Below, piece after piece: positions 51,498 to 64,000 of a stretch of DNA of 64,000 nt. Position 1 is the stretch's first letter. Every line of letters begins with the position of its first letter. Source of the DNA: Octopus sinensis. Its lineage: Eukaryota. Under the pieces are notes generated by a model. It was not told the origin of the DNA. It did no database searches and saw only the letters and a program-made list of their open reading frames with translations. The position numbers were made by a program, and so were the translations under genes. Where the stretch lies: contig NC_043001.1 of assembly GCF_006345805.1 (NCBI RefSeq), positions 56,420,001-56,484,000 on the forward strand, in the 5' to 3' direction.

Positions 51498-51981
51498 GAT
51501 GATGATGATGATGATGATGATGGCTGAAAACATGCATGCCATGCAGTATGATGCACAGGATGTGTAATATGAGCTGCAAGGGGGAAAAAATCAAATAATA
51601 GAATAAAAATAATTGGTTGAGTTAAAGTGGTGCTTGGGTATTGCAGAAATCAAGTACTGCTCTCCAGGATAGTCAAACTGTCTTCAGCTCTTAAAGAACT
51701 GTCTTTTGCAAGGATATACAAAAAAAAAACCCGGCACACACACACAAACATATATATATAAACACAATATGCACACAAATACATACATGCACCTACACAC
51801 ACACACACACACACACAAACATGCATGCATAAATATGTATGTGTAGAATTGTATAGTGGATATGTGTATGTGTATAATGTATAGTATGTGGGCTGTAAAA
51901 TCAAAGTTACTGGCCAAATGATAATGTACTAAAATAAAGGTCAGCGAGTTCAATTTCTGTCTAGGTAGCCAATATAATATA

Positions 51982-52017
<36 letters not shown>

Positions 52018-52063
52018 TGTATGTATGTATGTATGTATGTATGAATGTATGTATGTATGTACA

Positions 52064-52139
<76 letters not shown>

Positions 52140-53589
52140 AATATATATATAAGAAGAAGAAAAGAGCATAAAAAACATGGGATTGAATTCAAGGATGTCT
52201 AGAGGCCAAAACATGAAGACATGGAGAGGGTCCATGAAAAATGTAAAATAATAATGTAAAAAACGATAACAGGGGCAACGAACAAAAATACTTGATGTAG
52301 GTGGTACTAGACTGAAAGGGGCAGGTAATACATGAAGAGATAAAATGGTGATATTAGAAATGATGGGAGATTTGTTGTTGCTGTATGTGGATTGTAGAGA
52401 TGATCATGTTAGTGGTTGTGGTAGTAAAGGAGTTGGCTCTTGGTGATGATAATGGCATCGCTAATGGTAGTGGTGGTGGTGGTGGTGGTGGTACCGGTGA
52501 TTGTAGTGGTAGTGGTGGAGGAGGACCGTAATAATGATAATAATGATGGTGGCGGATTTTACGTCGATAATGATGATAATGATGCTAAATGGTGATGACG
52601 GTTACAACGAGGACGGCGACGACAACGACGTTGTTGCTGCAGATGATCATGATGGTTATGATGAAGATGATGATCATGCTGATTGTGATAATGACGATGA
52701 TGAGAATAATGATGATAATGACGATGTTTGAATTGGTGGTGGCGATGAACATAATAATGGCAACGGTTAGAATGAAGAGATTGTGGGTGATGCTAAAGAA
52801 CGAGATAGCATATAATAGATCATAATTTTGCTGCTGCTGCTGCTGCTGCTGCTGATGCTGATGATGATGATAATAGTCAAGACGTTGGTGGTGGTGGTGG
52901 TGGTAAAGGCGGTAGTGTTGATCGCATGTAATTTTCCATCGAGGTCATTTTCTAAAAGTAGGTGCTTATTCAACTAAATAAGATTCATATAATATTGCAG
53001 TTATTTTTTCCCCTGACTCAAGCAGAAAGAAACAAACAGAATTATTGTTGTTGTTGTCATATAGACCTTGCTCACCTCTGTAGCTTCGTTCTGATGAAAC
53101 AAACCTATCATAGAAAGATCTATGATTTAAAACATAAGTATTCCAGTCGTGATTCTAATGTAGCCTTCCATCTTTTTAAGTTGGGTTTAGGGTATAAGGC
53201 AAGTTTGTTTGCTATTTCTGACAGGCAGGGTCACAATTGATTGACTTAAGACAAACATCTGAAGTTGTGACAAAATGGCTCTTACTTTCTTCGTGATCGT
53301 TAGACTTGTAAGAAACAACATCCAACTTCTCATGAAATCACTACACCAGTTTATAAATGGGAAAGATAATGTAGGTCTTTGAAAAGACAACAAACAGATA
53401 ATGCAGTCCTGAATACGATACGTCTGAGAAAGTTCCAGATGGTTACGTCTGGACTAAATTTAAGCAAAGATTTGATTCATCCGAGTGGATATGAAATTAA
53501 AATAAACAATAACAAGGAAAATATTGTTTCCATTGCTCTTTTGTGTTGTTGATTAAAAACCTGACCATGATGATTAGGAGAGGAGAGTA

Positions 53590-53700
53590 ATAATGGTTTT
53601 AATTTTTGGCACAAGGCCCGGGGTTTCCGAGGAGGCGGTAAATCGATTACATTGAACCCAAATGTTCAACTGGTACTTATTTTATCCACCCCGAAAGGAG
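53590..53700 (-). mobile_element. SINE family B 3' fragment
   Basis: tttggcacaaggcc...aatcgattacattgaaccc...caactggtacttattttatccaccccgaaagg is the reverse complement of the family B core and tail. Confidence 0.65.
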
Positions 53701-53730
53701 AGGAGTGTAATAAGAGGACGATGATGAAAG

Positions 53731-53775
<45 letters not shown>

Positions 53776-54154
53776 GACGACGATGATGATGTCGCTGATG
53801 ACGGGGAAATTGATGATGATGAAAATGATTATGATGATGGTAATGATGGAGGGGATGCCGATAACCGCACAGCGACCACGACGGGGAAAACGATGATGGC
53901 TATGACGATAATGATATAAGTAATGATGATGATGATGATGATAATGATAATGTTGAATATGTTACAGCTGCTGCTGCTGATGATGATGATAGTGATTTCA
54001 AGTGAGTTTCCATTCCAAGTCTGAAAGAATGGTTATAATCGATTGGACATAACCTTAGCATATGACTGGTACTCGTAGTATTTTTCAGCAGTTACGAACC
54101 TTGGTTCATGCGAAGTTTATAAATGAGATTCTAAGACAACTAATCTGATATTAG

Positions 54155-54260
54155 TTCTTCTTCTTCTTCTTCTTCTTCTTTTTCTTCTTCTTCTTCTTCT
54201 TCTTCTTCTTCTTCTTCTTCTTCTTCTTCTTCTTCTTCTTCTTCTTCTTCTTCTTCTTCT
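54155..54260. repeat. (TTC)n microsatellite
   Basis: Direct reading. Confidence 0.95.
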
Positions 54261-54574
54261 AGCCCCCGCCTCCCTTTATCACAAGTCAATCCAGCAGTTT
54301 TCTGCATAAGCTACGTGATATTGTTCCAGTACATTCAAGGCTTAAATGGAAAATTACAGCACGTAGTCTTTTGTCTTCATATATTGCAGAGAAAATATTG
54401 CACCGATGTGAACTGCTTATTCAGAGATTTTAACTTAAATTTCACCTTCCCAATTTCTCCTATCTTCGTTGTATGACGAATATGAAATCGAACATATAAG
54501 GAGACACGCACGCGCGCGCACGCATACTCGCGCACACGCACGCACACACTCACACATTCGCACACACACTTGTT

Positions 54575-54609
<35 letters not shown>

Positions 54610-56319
54610 GATAAGCTCCGTAACAGACTCAGGGGGATTCACTTTCGTTACAGATCACTCGTCAAAGGGAATAAGATGTGAACATCTATCTTACACAGAG
54701 GAAAAAAATCTTTAGGAGAAAGCATTAAAATGTCACATGATAACAGAAATGCTCAAATTTACCCAATGCCACTACAATAAACGTATATGTAAATATACAA
54801 AACATAAAGACACACATACATACGCATGAGCACACATACACACATATTTGTGTGTGTATGTACATGTATATACATGTGTGGGTGCGTGCGTGCGATTGTG
54901 TTTGTGTTTGCGTGTGTATGCGTATGCGTGAAACATTTTGAAATGAAATGCTTATTAAATTTGGGAAGGTGAATGGTATCAAAAACTGGTAGGAGAACAA
55001 CACAAAATTGAAATAAAACTGAATAAATAAAAACGAAAGGAAAAGTGAACAAAAGACGTAAAAAACATTATGGTTGAACCGGAAATGTGAAGAATTTTCG
55101 AAGAAATACCGTTGATTGGTGAAGAACATAATAGATGTGTGTGTTTAAATATCTATAGAAATGAATAGATGTAAAAAAGAAAAAAATAATGAAGCGGAGA
55201 TGTAATAAAATATAAATATGTAGATTTTTTTAACGATTGATTTTGACGAAAATGCAACGCTGCTGGGCAAAGAGAGAGAAAGTCAGAAATAAAGTCTCAA
55301 AGAGAGAAAGAGCGAGAAGGGAGAGGGAGATGAAGAAGGAGAGGGAAGGTGAGAGAGGGAAGGAGAGAGAGAGAGAGAGAAGGAAAGAGAGGGGGTTTTG
55401 AGGGAAGTTATTTTGTGATATATATAAACATAGGAAAAGAGGAAAGACATGTGACAATCTGAAAGATCTAAAAAAATGTCAGACAGGCATAGAGACAATC
55501 AAACCCGTTCGCATAATAACCATATGTGCACATACACACTCGCATCCGTGCTTATCCATCCATCCAGCCATCCATCAATCCATCCATCCATCTATACGTA
55601 CGTATAAATGAGTATGCCAGTGTCTGAGTGTGTGCGTGTGATTCTGTGTGTATGTAAGCGTATGTGTCTATATGTATGTATGCAAACACACACACATATA
55701 CCGAAAGAGAGTGGAAGAGAGAAAGAGAGAGAGAGAGAGTGAGAGAGAGAGAGTGAGAGAAAGAAAGAAAGAGGGAGAGAGAGAAAGAGGTAGAGGGAGA
55801 CAGAGACAGAGGCAGAAACTGAGAGCAACCATATTGTCTCTTCGCTAAGTTGGTAGGCAAGTCTGTGAAAACATGAACCAAACTATTATAACATCGTGTT
55901 TACAAGCCAGAATATCTTGATCAAGAAAGCAGTGTTGTATATTGGTGGACTTCAGCTTCAGGCTAATAATATCACATAATATCAGTTAGTCATCAATGTA
56001 TATGCGCATGCGTGGACACATTCTTAGAGCAGTTTGCGACTTTTCACACACTAAACAACGCGGAATTTCGAAGACCAACATATTTTGTGTCGAATGGGTA
56101 AAATGTTCTACGGAGGCTTTCCTGATAACGAAGTAGGACCTTGGGAAGGATTCTTTGAGCCACACGCAATGTCATAAGTAGTACTGGCGTTTCACATAAC
56201 GAACAGTATCCAGCATATCCCTTCATGACAATGGAAAACAATTACATTGTGAAACTGCAAGTTGGGATCTGTGAAAACCACCACCTGACTATCGGTGATA
56301 TTTCGATGAATTTCCTGTC

Positions 56320-56920
56320 ACATAATTTTGGGTGAAAAATTGAAGAAACACCTGTTGTAAAATTTGTGTTGACAAATGAAGAAAACAATAACCGAGTTAG
56401 AGTCAATCAGGAGGTGTTTAATCATACAAAGGTTGTTGAAAACATAAAATGTGGCGAGACGTGGGTGAACAGCTACGACGACAGGACAAAAATAATGTGG
56501 GCTGAAACATCGTCGAAAGATGGAATAAATAATAATAAAAAGCACGTAAAAGTTACTCAAATGTAATGTGATATTGATCGTCTTCTTGGTTGGAAGAACA
56601 TCGATTATTAGGAATTTGTTCCATGTGGGTAAATGATCAAAACAGTTTTACTTTGAGGTCATGATGAGTTTTGGAGAGGCCCTGTGAAGACAAAGCTGTG
56701 AGAAAGAGGCAAAAATGTTGTGGATGAAGCATCATTAAAGTTTACCTGTTTGCTCATCACTCTCTATCCGGGGATTTTCGGCAAAGCAGGTGGTGATTAA
56801 TCCTTCTCAGTCAGTATTTGACTCCAGTGGACAATTTTTTATGCCCAAATGTAATTGCACCCTAAAACATCGCCGGTTTCAATCGAAAGATGTGATGAAA
56901 GAACAATTTCTACTCGTACT
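56320..56920 (+). mobile_element. highly decayed mariner transposase relic (family 3)
   Basis: VVKFVLTNEENNNRVRV...NIKCGETWVNSYDDRTK resembles AKFVP..LT.EQK..RV...ITGDETWVY.YDPETK. In the next frame, ILIVFL...FYFEVM resembles MLIVFFD...FY.EV. Confidence 0.6.
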
Positions 56921-57057
56921 GCGTTCCGTACGGATTTAAAAGGTAGGAAAATATGTAAAGGGAAGTGGTGTTTTGAAATAGACTAACTAGAATTAAATTA
57001 TAAGTGAAGCAATGAATTTCATGTTAAAAAGTTTGGTTACATTTTAGAAAAATCTCG

Positions 57058-57467
57058 TACTCTTTTACTCTTCACTCTTTTACTTGTTTCAGTCATTTGA
57101 CTGCGGCCATGCTGGAGCACCGCCTTTAGTCGAGCAAATCAACCCCAGGACTTATTCTTTGTAAGCCTAGTACCTATTCTATCGGTCTCTTTCGCTGAAC
57201 CGCTAAGTTACGGGGACGTAAACACACCAGCACCGGTTGTCAAGCAATGTTGCGGGGACAAACACAGATACACAAATACGCACATACATATATATACATA
57301 TAGCGACGGGATTCTTTCAGTTTCCGTCTACCAAATCCACTCACAAGGCTTTGGTCGGCCCGAGGCTATAGTAGAAGACACTTGCCCAAGGTGCCTCGCA
57401 GTGGGACTGAACCTGGAACCATGTGGTTCGTAAGCAAGCTACTTACCACAGAGCTATTCCTGCGCCT
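57058..57467 (-). mobile_element. SINE family A, full length
   Basis: Reverse complement of 58893-59308 over its whole length. Confidence 0.9.
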
Positions 57468-58700
57468 CGTGTGCATTTATGCATACATACACATTGGTGA
57501 TTGCTCCATCTTCACAGATAATTGCCGTTTCTGTGTGTCCTTCCTCGTCGTCAATGGCACTTCTATTCAGTACCACTGCAAATCAGCATAGTTTGAAACA
57601 TAGGTGACTGATGAAAGTTCTAATTTACTGTCCACTTCCAACTGGTTAAGTCAGTACATGTCACTACACTTCCAACGATTTAGGGCTTTCAGTTGATGGA
57701 ATGACAAACGATGTTACCATAAAGACACATCTGTATGTCACTTGATTAAAGTGATAAAGATAAACTCCTGCATACCACGAGTACCAGTCCTCCGCATTGA
57801 TTCTATCTGAGAAGGACCTTAGGGACTAAATACAACCTAAGGGCGGATTTCACGTTCGCCTTTTTGGTCCATATGTACTGGTCTAATGGAGATAACCCTA
57901 CCTAGCTGACCCGCATTCTTTATTCTTTGTCTACTATCAAATTGACTCTAACGGATTTTTACCTCTGAAGTTTAAGTTTGAAGAACTATATGGCCTTCGC
58001 CTTTACAGTCTGACTAGTCGTCCATAGGGCTAAGCGCTTAATGAATACGAAACCATTAATCACTTCATGACTGGACATATACTTAACTGCATAAAAATGT
58101 GTGTGTGTATGTGTGTGTCTGTTTGTGTGTATACAGGCATATTGTATAATTATATAGAGACAGATATATGTTTGTAAAATATTGTGGAAGATATTTATTG
58201 AAATTATACTTCATTCATGACAAAAATAACGGCATACCTTTTTAGTAATTTCAACAAAATCCACACGAGATATTTTGATAATGTCATGAATGACGAATTT
58301 CAGAAGAATTCCATGAAGGAAAAGATGTACGTACGGTTTTAGACTCACATTTACTGATTTCAAGATGGTATAACTGCTGCTCTGATGGCTCATATTTTGG
58401 TAGAAATATGTCTAACAGCTGTCATTTGTCTCTCATCTTCGACTTAAAGGTATGCCAATTCTGAGAAAATCTTGACAATTTTCAATTGGAATTGGTCGCA
58501 GACGTCTCATAATATTTCTTTTTTTTTCTCTAGAAAAGAAGGTAATTTTGATAAATCAAAAAATAAAAAAGAAAAGAAAAGAAAAATTTATGGTATGACA
58601 TCTATCTTTATTTTTCATATACACAATTTGATGAGTTGATTTCTATATACCATATCCTCTCGCATACTTGTGGATTTTATATGTGTATATATGTTTGTAC

Positions 58701-58731
<31 letters not shown>

Positions 58732-58848
58732 TGTATGTATGTATGTATGTATGTATGTATGTATGTATGTATGTATGTATGCATGTATGTATGTATGCAT
58801 TATGTATGTATGCATGCATTTATGCATTTACGTATACATGTATATATA

Positions 58849-58892
<44 letters not shown>

Positions 58893-58894
<2 letters not shown>

Positions 58895-59308
58895 CCGCAG
58901 GAGTGGCTGTGTGGTAAGTAGCTTGTTTACCAACCATGTGGTTCCGGGTTCAGTCCCACTGCGTGGCATCTTGGGCAAGTGTCTTCTACTATAGCCTCGG
59001 GCCGACCAAAGCCCTGTGAGTGGATTTGGTAGACGGAAACTGAAAGAAACCCGTCGTATATATGTATATATATATATATATGTGTGTGTGCATGTAAGCT
59101 TGTGTGTCTGTGTTTGTCCCCCTAGCTTTGCTTGACAACCGAAGCTGGTGTGTTTATGTCCCCCTCACTTAGCGGTTCGGCAAAGGAGACCGATAGAATA
59201 AGTACTGGGCTTACAAAGACTAAGTCCCGGGGTCGAGTTGCTCGACTAAAGGCGGTGTTCCAGCATGGCCGCAGTCAACTGACTGAAACAAGTAAAAGAG
59301 TAAAAGAG
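58893..59308 (+). mobile_element. SINE family A, full length
   Basis: tRNA-like head with B box gggttcagtccc, internal TA/TG microsatellite, 3' ggcggtgttccagcatggccgcagtcaactgactgaaac and a (GTAAAAGA)n tail. Confidence 0.9.
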
Positions 59309-59319
59309 TATATATATGG

Positions 59320-59721
59320 CATCGAGAGTTAGACAAATGCCAGAACTGGGCGCCACTGCGTGGTGCCTAGGACTCCAAATTTGCCATCAAGATGTAGGAC
59401 AAGATACTGTGATAGCCTGGGCTTCCGTGGCCCACAGCCCATCAATATCCTCCCGAAGAACCTGAGAGACCTGCATGGGGTGGATGCAGATGTCTTTAAA
59501 ATGGAACTGGATCTCTTCCTGTCAGGTGTCCCAGATGAACCAACTTCACGGCAGGAGGTGCAGATGAGGGCAGCTGCATCGAACTCTCTCATGCACCAAA
59601 TGGCAGTTGCTAGAAGGCTTTCGTGAAGTGGAATCAAGTAGCAGCACCAAATGGCGGTGCCCCAGCATGGCCACGGCTCATGAGCTGAAACTAGAATCAA
59701 TCAATCAATCAATCAATCAAT
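59320..59721 (+). mobile_element. 3' end of a CR1/L2-group LINE
   Basis: TGRHCVVP...RYCDSLGFRGPQxxNILPKNLRDL...FKMELDLFLSGVPDEP...RAAASNSL is a typical ORF2 C-terminus. Stop at 59626, short 3' UTR, (AATC)n tail. The exact clade is uncertain. Confidence 0.75.
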
Positions 59722-60283
59722 CATATATATATATAATACATACACACACACATATACGCACATATTTAATGTATAGTTACAATTTAAACAATATACTATA
59801 TCTATAGATAAATAGAGATACACGTATATGCATGCTTTCATATATACATACAGTTATACGCCTGCAAGACAGTGAAAAACGACAGCCTCATGTTGACATC
59901 TCCGACGAGCGACCAAGTATCCACGAAACTTTGCATCAGGTCACTATCTCCGTCTTTTGGCGCATATTAATTGTATAGAGTATATATGTGTATGTATGTG
60001 TAATGTGTTTACATTCGTATGTAAACCACGGAACACTTTATGATACTTAAATTTATTACAGTTGTGATTTACTGTGCTCTGAATAAATAGTTATTGTTTC
60101 TTACTCACAAACAGACAAAAGAACAAATATGCAAATATGCAAATTATGCGATCTACCGCGATCCTAGCCTAGTTGACGACAGTTTAATAAACGGTTGATC
60201 CCCATTAATCGGGGGACGCATCTCTAAGGAGCGGTCAGCAAAGCGTGAAATTCTTCTTCAGGATTGTTTCCGCGCCACCTCAC

Positions 60284-60396
60284 CTTGTGCACATTCGCAG
60301 CATAGAAGGAATGTGCCTGCATTCTTTAGCTTAGTTAACCCTTGACAATACTTTGTAGGATTTAAATTTATTTCAAAGTTTCTAATAGCCGCTGCG
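60284..60396 (-). CDS. candidate internal coding exon of an unidentified host gene
   Basis: Pyrimidine-rich acceptor ttcacttatag, donor CAAG|GTGAGG, and a single open frame AAAIRNFEINLNPTKYCQGLTKLKNAGTFLLCCECAQ. No homology recognised. Confidence 0.25.
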
Positions 60397-60684
60397 CTAT
60401 AAGTGAACGCACGCAAAGGTAGAAACACACACGCACGCACGCACACAACACACATACACACACGTTGGTGAGTGTGTGTATACATGCATACATATGTATG
60501 TACATACACACACAAGCGCGCGTGCACACTCTCACACATACACAAGCACGCACACACACACACACACACATATATATATGAGTGTATGTGTGTATATAAG
60601 TTGAAAGAAAGATGATCGCACAGATCTCGGAGGGCCTGCAAAGCCGAGCAGCTGCACCCTTTTTCATCGAAACTATTATAGACA

Positions 60685-60748
<64 letters not shown>

Positions 60749-60786
60749 TGTGTCTATGAATGTGTAAGTGTGTGCGAGTACGTCTG

Positions 60787-60820
<34 letters not shown>

Positions 60821-62234
60821 ATATATGCATACACACATCTATTTCACACAAACGTATATACGCACATACAAGGAATGAGAGAAGGGGAGAGTAATAGGCA
60901 GACAGATTGATTTATAAATTGATGAATGGCAAAGTGAAATTAAGTAGATCAAATGAGAAAGAGAAAAGAGGCATGAAAGGTACCAGAAAAAAGAAAAAAG
61001 GAAATTCGTGAAGATGGACAAAAGAGCGTGGTAAATAACTAATTAAAATATCCCACACAAACCGAAAAGAATGAATTAAAAAATAAAACTAAACAAATTA
61101 TTGTCATGATACAAAAATGTGATAATTTTTTGAAGAAATGAATAGAGCAAAAGAAAATGAATACATAATACATAAAAAAAGATAAAACATTAAAAAACAA
61201 AAACGAAAGGAAATATAGGGCTTACCGGAAGTTAAATGAAAAAGAAATAAAACGTATATGACTGTGCTTGTGTGTGTATATATAAATGTTTGTGTGTGAA
61301 TGTGTCTTTATATTAGCGTGTATATATTTGTAGGGGCTGATGGGGTTTGGATGATAATTTGGAACTGAAGTGGTTGCTGAAAGAGAGCAATAGAACAATT
61401 GAATTACTGTGTAAATAAGTGGAACTGTAAAAACAAAAACGTTTCTTTTTGCTTTGCTAACGATTCTGTCGTTGTGGGATAATTAGAAGGAAGAGAGTAA
61501 ACTCCATTTCTGGTCTGTGGTAATTACTGGACAGATAGGATGGTGGTTAAGTAAGGATGGTTGTAAATGTGTATGGTCTTTAATTATCCATGAGTCATAG
61601 TCGAACGATGCAATGTAGTAGGTAAATGGACATATGGTAAAATCAGAAAATAGTATATGTCTGACTGTTTTACACGATTATTATTATGTAGCAAAACGTG
61701 GGGCTGGTTGTTAGATAGACAAGCTGAAAGACCGACCGACAGATAGACAGAAAAAAGATAGATAGAAGAGACACAGAATGTGAGAGAGGGAGAGAGAGAG
61801 AGAAAGAGAAAGAGAAAGAGAAAGAGAAAGAAAGAGTTAACGGATAGTGTTTAAGATAAATAGTCCGGCCATCATTTTAAAGGTGGCACTGCAAACCTAC
61901 ATACAAGTGCCATAGATACCATAAATGGTAGATGGTGTTTTATACGACAATTTACAGAATAGCTAGCAGATAAATAGTAAGATAGCTATGCAACTTGGTA
62001 GCTAGCTAACTAACTAGGTAAATGGAGAAACAGATACTTAAGTATGTGACAAATTTCTCTTTAGCTGATCGTGTGAAAAGTAGATATATGGTATCTAGAA
62101 AAGATTACTAAGGTAGCTCAGAGTTTAAACACTCTGAAGAAAATGGACTGATATAGATGTACGTAAAAAAAAAAGATGATGAAGTCTGCGATATAGTGGT
62201 ATAAACGGCACAAAGTTGATATCTATCTATCTAT

Positions 62235-62251
62235 CTATCTTCTCTCTCTCT

Positions 62252-62330
<79 letters not shown>
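62235..62330. repeat. long (TA)n microsatellite
   Basis: Direct reading; one of many TA, TG and TACA tracts in the window. Confidence 0.95.
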
Positions 62331-62338
<8 letters not shown>

Positions 62339-62468
62339 TCATAACCCAAACTATCAATAAATAAGACTAATACATCTAAATAAATAAAAAGTTGTAATAT
62401 TAATAAAAGTGAAATTCTCACAATTAAAAGATTAGAAGTTAAATAATTATATAAATTTGGATAATTAG

Positions 62469-62509
<41 letters not shown>

Positions 62510-62957
62510 ACTTACTAATATATATATATTCTTATTTTATTCTTCTGGCGAGTAGGGAGAACATTAGTTAGCCTGCCTTTAAAAGCCTATCTAAACTCCA
62601 TTAAGGGTGAATAGTTGTATGACCTAGTCTTTAAAGACTGCAACAAGCCATTGCTCATTGTGATCGTGGTTTAACCTTTAGCAATTTTTAGAACGAAATC
62701 CAAAGACACACATGCTGACACATACAAACGCACATACACATGCTGCTATTTAGTATGTAAGAAGCTCTCCATGCATTAGAATGTAAATGAATATATAAGA
62801 ATATATGTCAATTTTGCCCTGAAGAGATTTTTACCTTATAAATTCATAATGCAGTTTTAATTGTAAAATATGAATGAAGGTGGGAATTGAAACGTGCGTA
62901 GGTGACATGAAATTGACAATTGTATAAACGGATTGATTTTTCTTTGTGTTATATATA

Positions 62958-63009
<52 letters not shown>

Positions 63010-64000
63010 ACACATACATACATGTGAGTATATATAAAAGAGAGGGAGAGAGTGTGGGCAACCATATATGTATTACACATAATGTAAATACATTATGAAA
63101 GGCAAATTTACTGCGGCATTCGTCCGGAATATATATTCTCTTACGGACGTACTGTATTTTGAAACAAAATATATATATCAGAAGCAGAGGAGAATAGCGT
63201 CTGGTGATTAATTTTTATGCATTTCTCTCCCGATGATTTCTGTCAATAGCATCTAATCACACACACTTGTATGCCAAGACAAAATTTGTCAGCACTGATA
63301 TAGGAAATCCCTGATGTTGCAAACAGCTACCCGCCTGAATAAAATACTTTAAATGCAACAGAAACATATATATTTATTTTGTAGAATACGACTCCCCAAA
63401 CAATGAATTCAATTAATTTTAATACATTTACTTATGGAATGACGACTAAATTCTATGACTTTATCCTATGGTACACTTATCATGATAAAGAAACATTGCC
63501 AACGCAATAGTATTTCATTCAATTCAGTTGATTGGCAAGTATTCGTGTGTGATGGGTTCAAAAGCAGTAGTCAGTTAAGAAAAGGTTAAACGGTTGCTGT
63601 TGAGAAAATATAGCCATTCGAAAGTATGGATCGAACGCTCTTTCTTTCATGATCACGGAGAAATTTTAGAAATATGAAAGTCAATTAGGGCTGTCTAACG
63701 TATCTTATTAGTTTTAAATATGCACTGATGGTTAAAAAATATGGATTTACTGCATGCATTTTGCATACATACATACATACATACATACATACATACATAC
63801 ATACATAGACAAATATGTGTGTGTGTGTGTGTGTGTAGAAGAAAGATCTGTATTCCAATAAACTACTTTCATCCAAGCTTTTCTTTTCATATGTTTGTAA
63901 TGAATCCATTGAAATTTCTTTCGAATTGTAAATTTCCTAAATTCGTCACCTACAGAGGCTTACCTTCAGGAACAAAATAATGATGTTAGAGTGTTTTGCA

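Noticed and set aside
57480-57580. Possible minus-strand exon VVLNRSAIDDEEGHTETAIICEDGAITN
   Set aside because: The acceptor is plausible but the donor is poor, and no homology is recognised.
59895-59935. Hammerhead-like ccgacgagcg...cgaaac
   Set aside because: Stem II does not pair and no stem I can be formed.

Overview
This 64 kb window is AT-rich, microsatellite-saturated eukaryotic DNA. Its SINE repertoire resembles cephalopod (Octopus-type) DNA; that assignment is from recall, not from a search. No host gene can be identified, and almost all ORFs in the track are microsatellite or antisense artefacts. The window is a stack of mobile elements: (1) A head-to-tail cluster of Tx1/L1-clade LINEs at 13.9-24.2 kb: two 5'-truncated insertions (one chimeric) and one near full-length copy with ORF1 and APE-RT ORF2. 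Every outer junction lies in a (TCTA)n tract in the same orientation, which suggests a microsatellite-targeting retrotransposon. (2) Several Penelope-like (PLE) relics with hammerhead ribozymes, including a 1.5 kb fold-back element with an intact-looking hammerhead in each ~466 bp arm, a GIY-YIG C-terminal fragment nested inside a SINE, and a 744 bp tandem array. (3) Four mariner relics from three families, a Helitron and a MITE. (4) Three tRNA-derived SINE families. Two have 3' tails matching LINE 3' ends present in this same window, one with compensatory base-pair changes. All alignments and folds were done by eye; ends of degraded elements are approximate.
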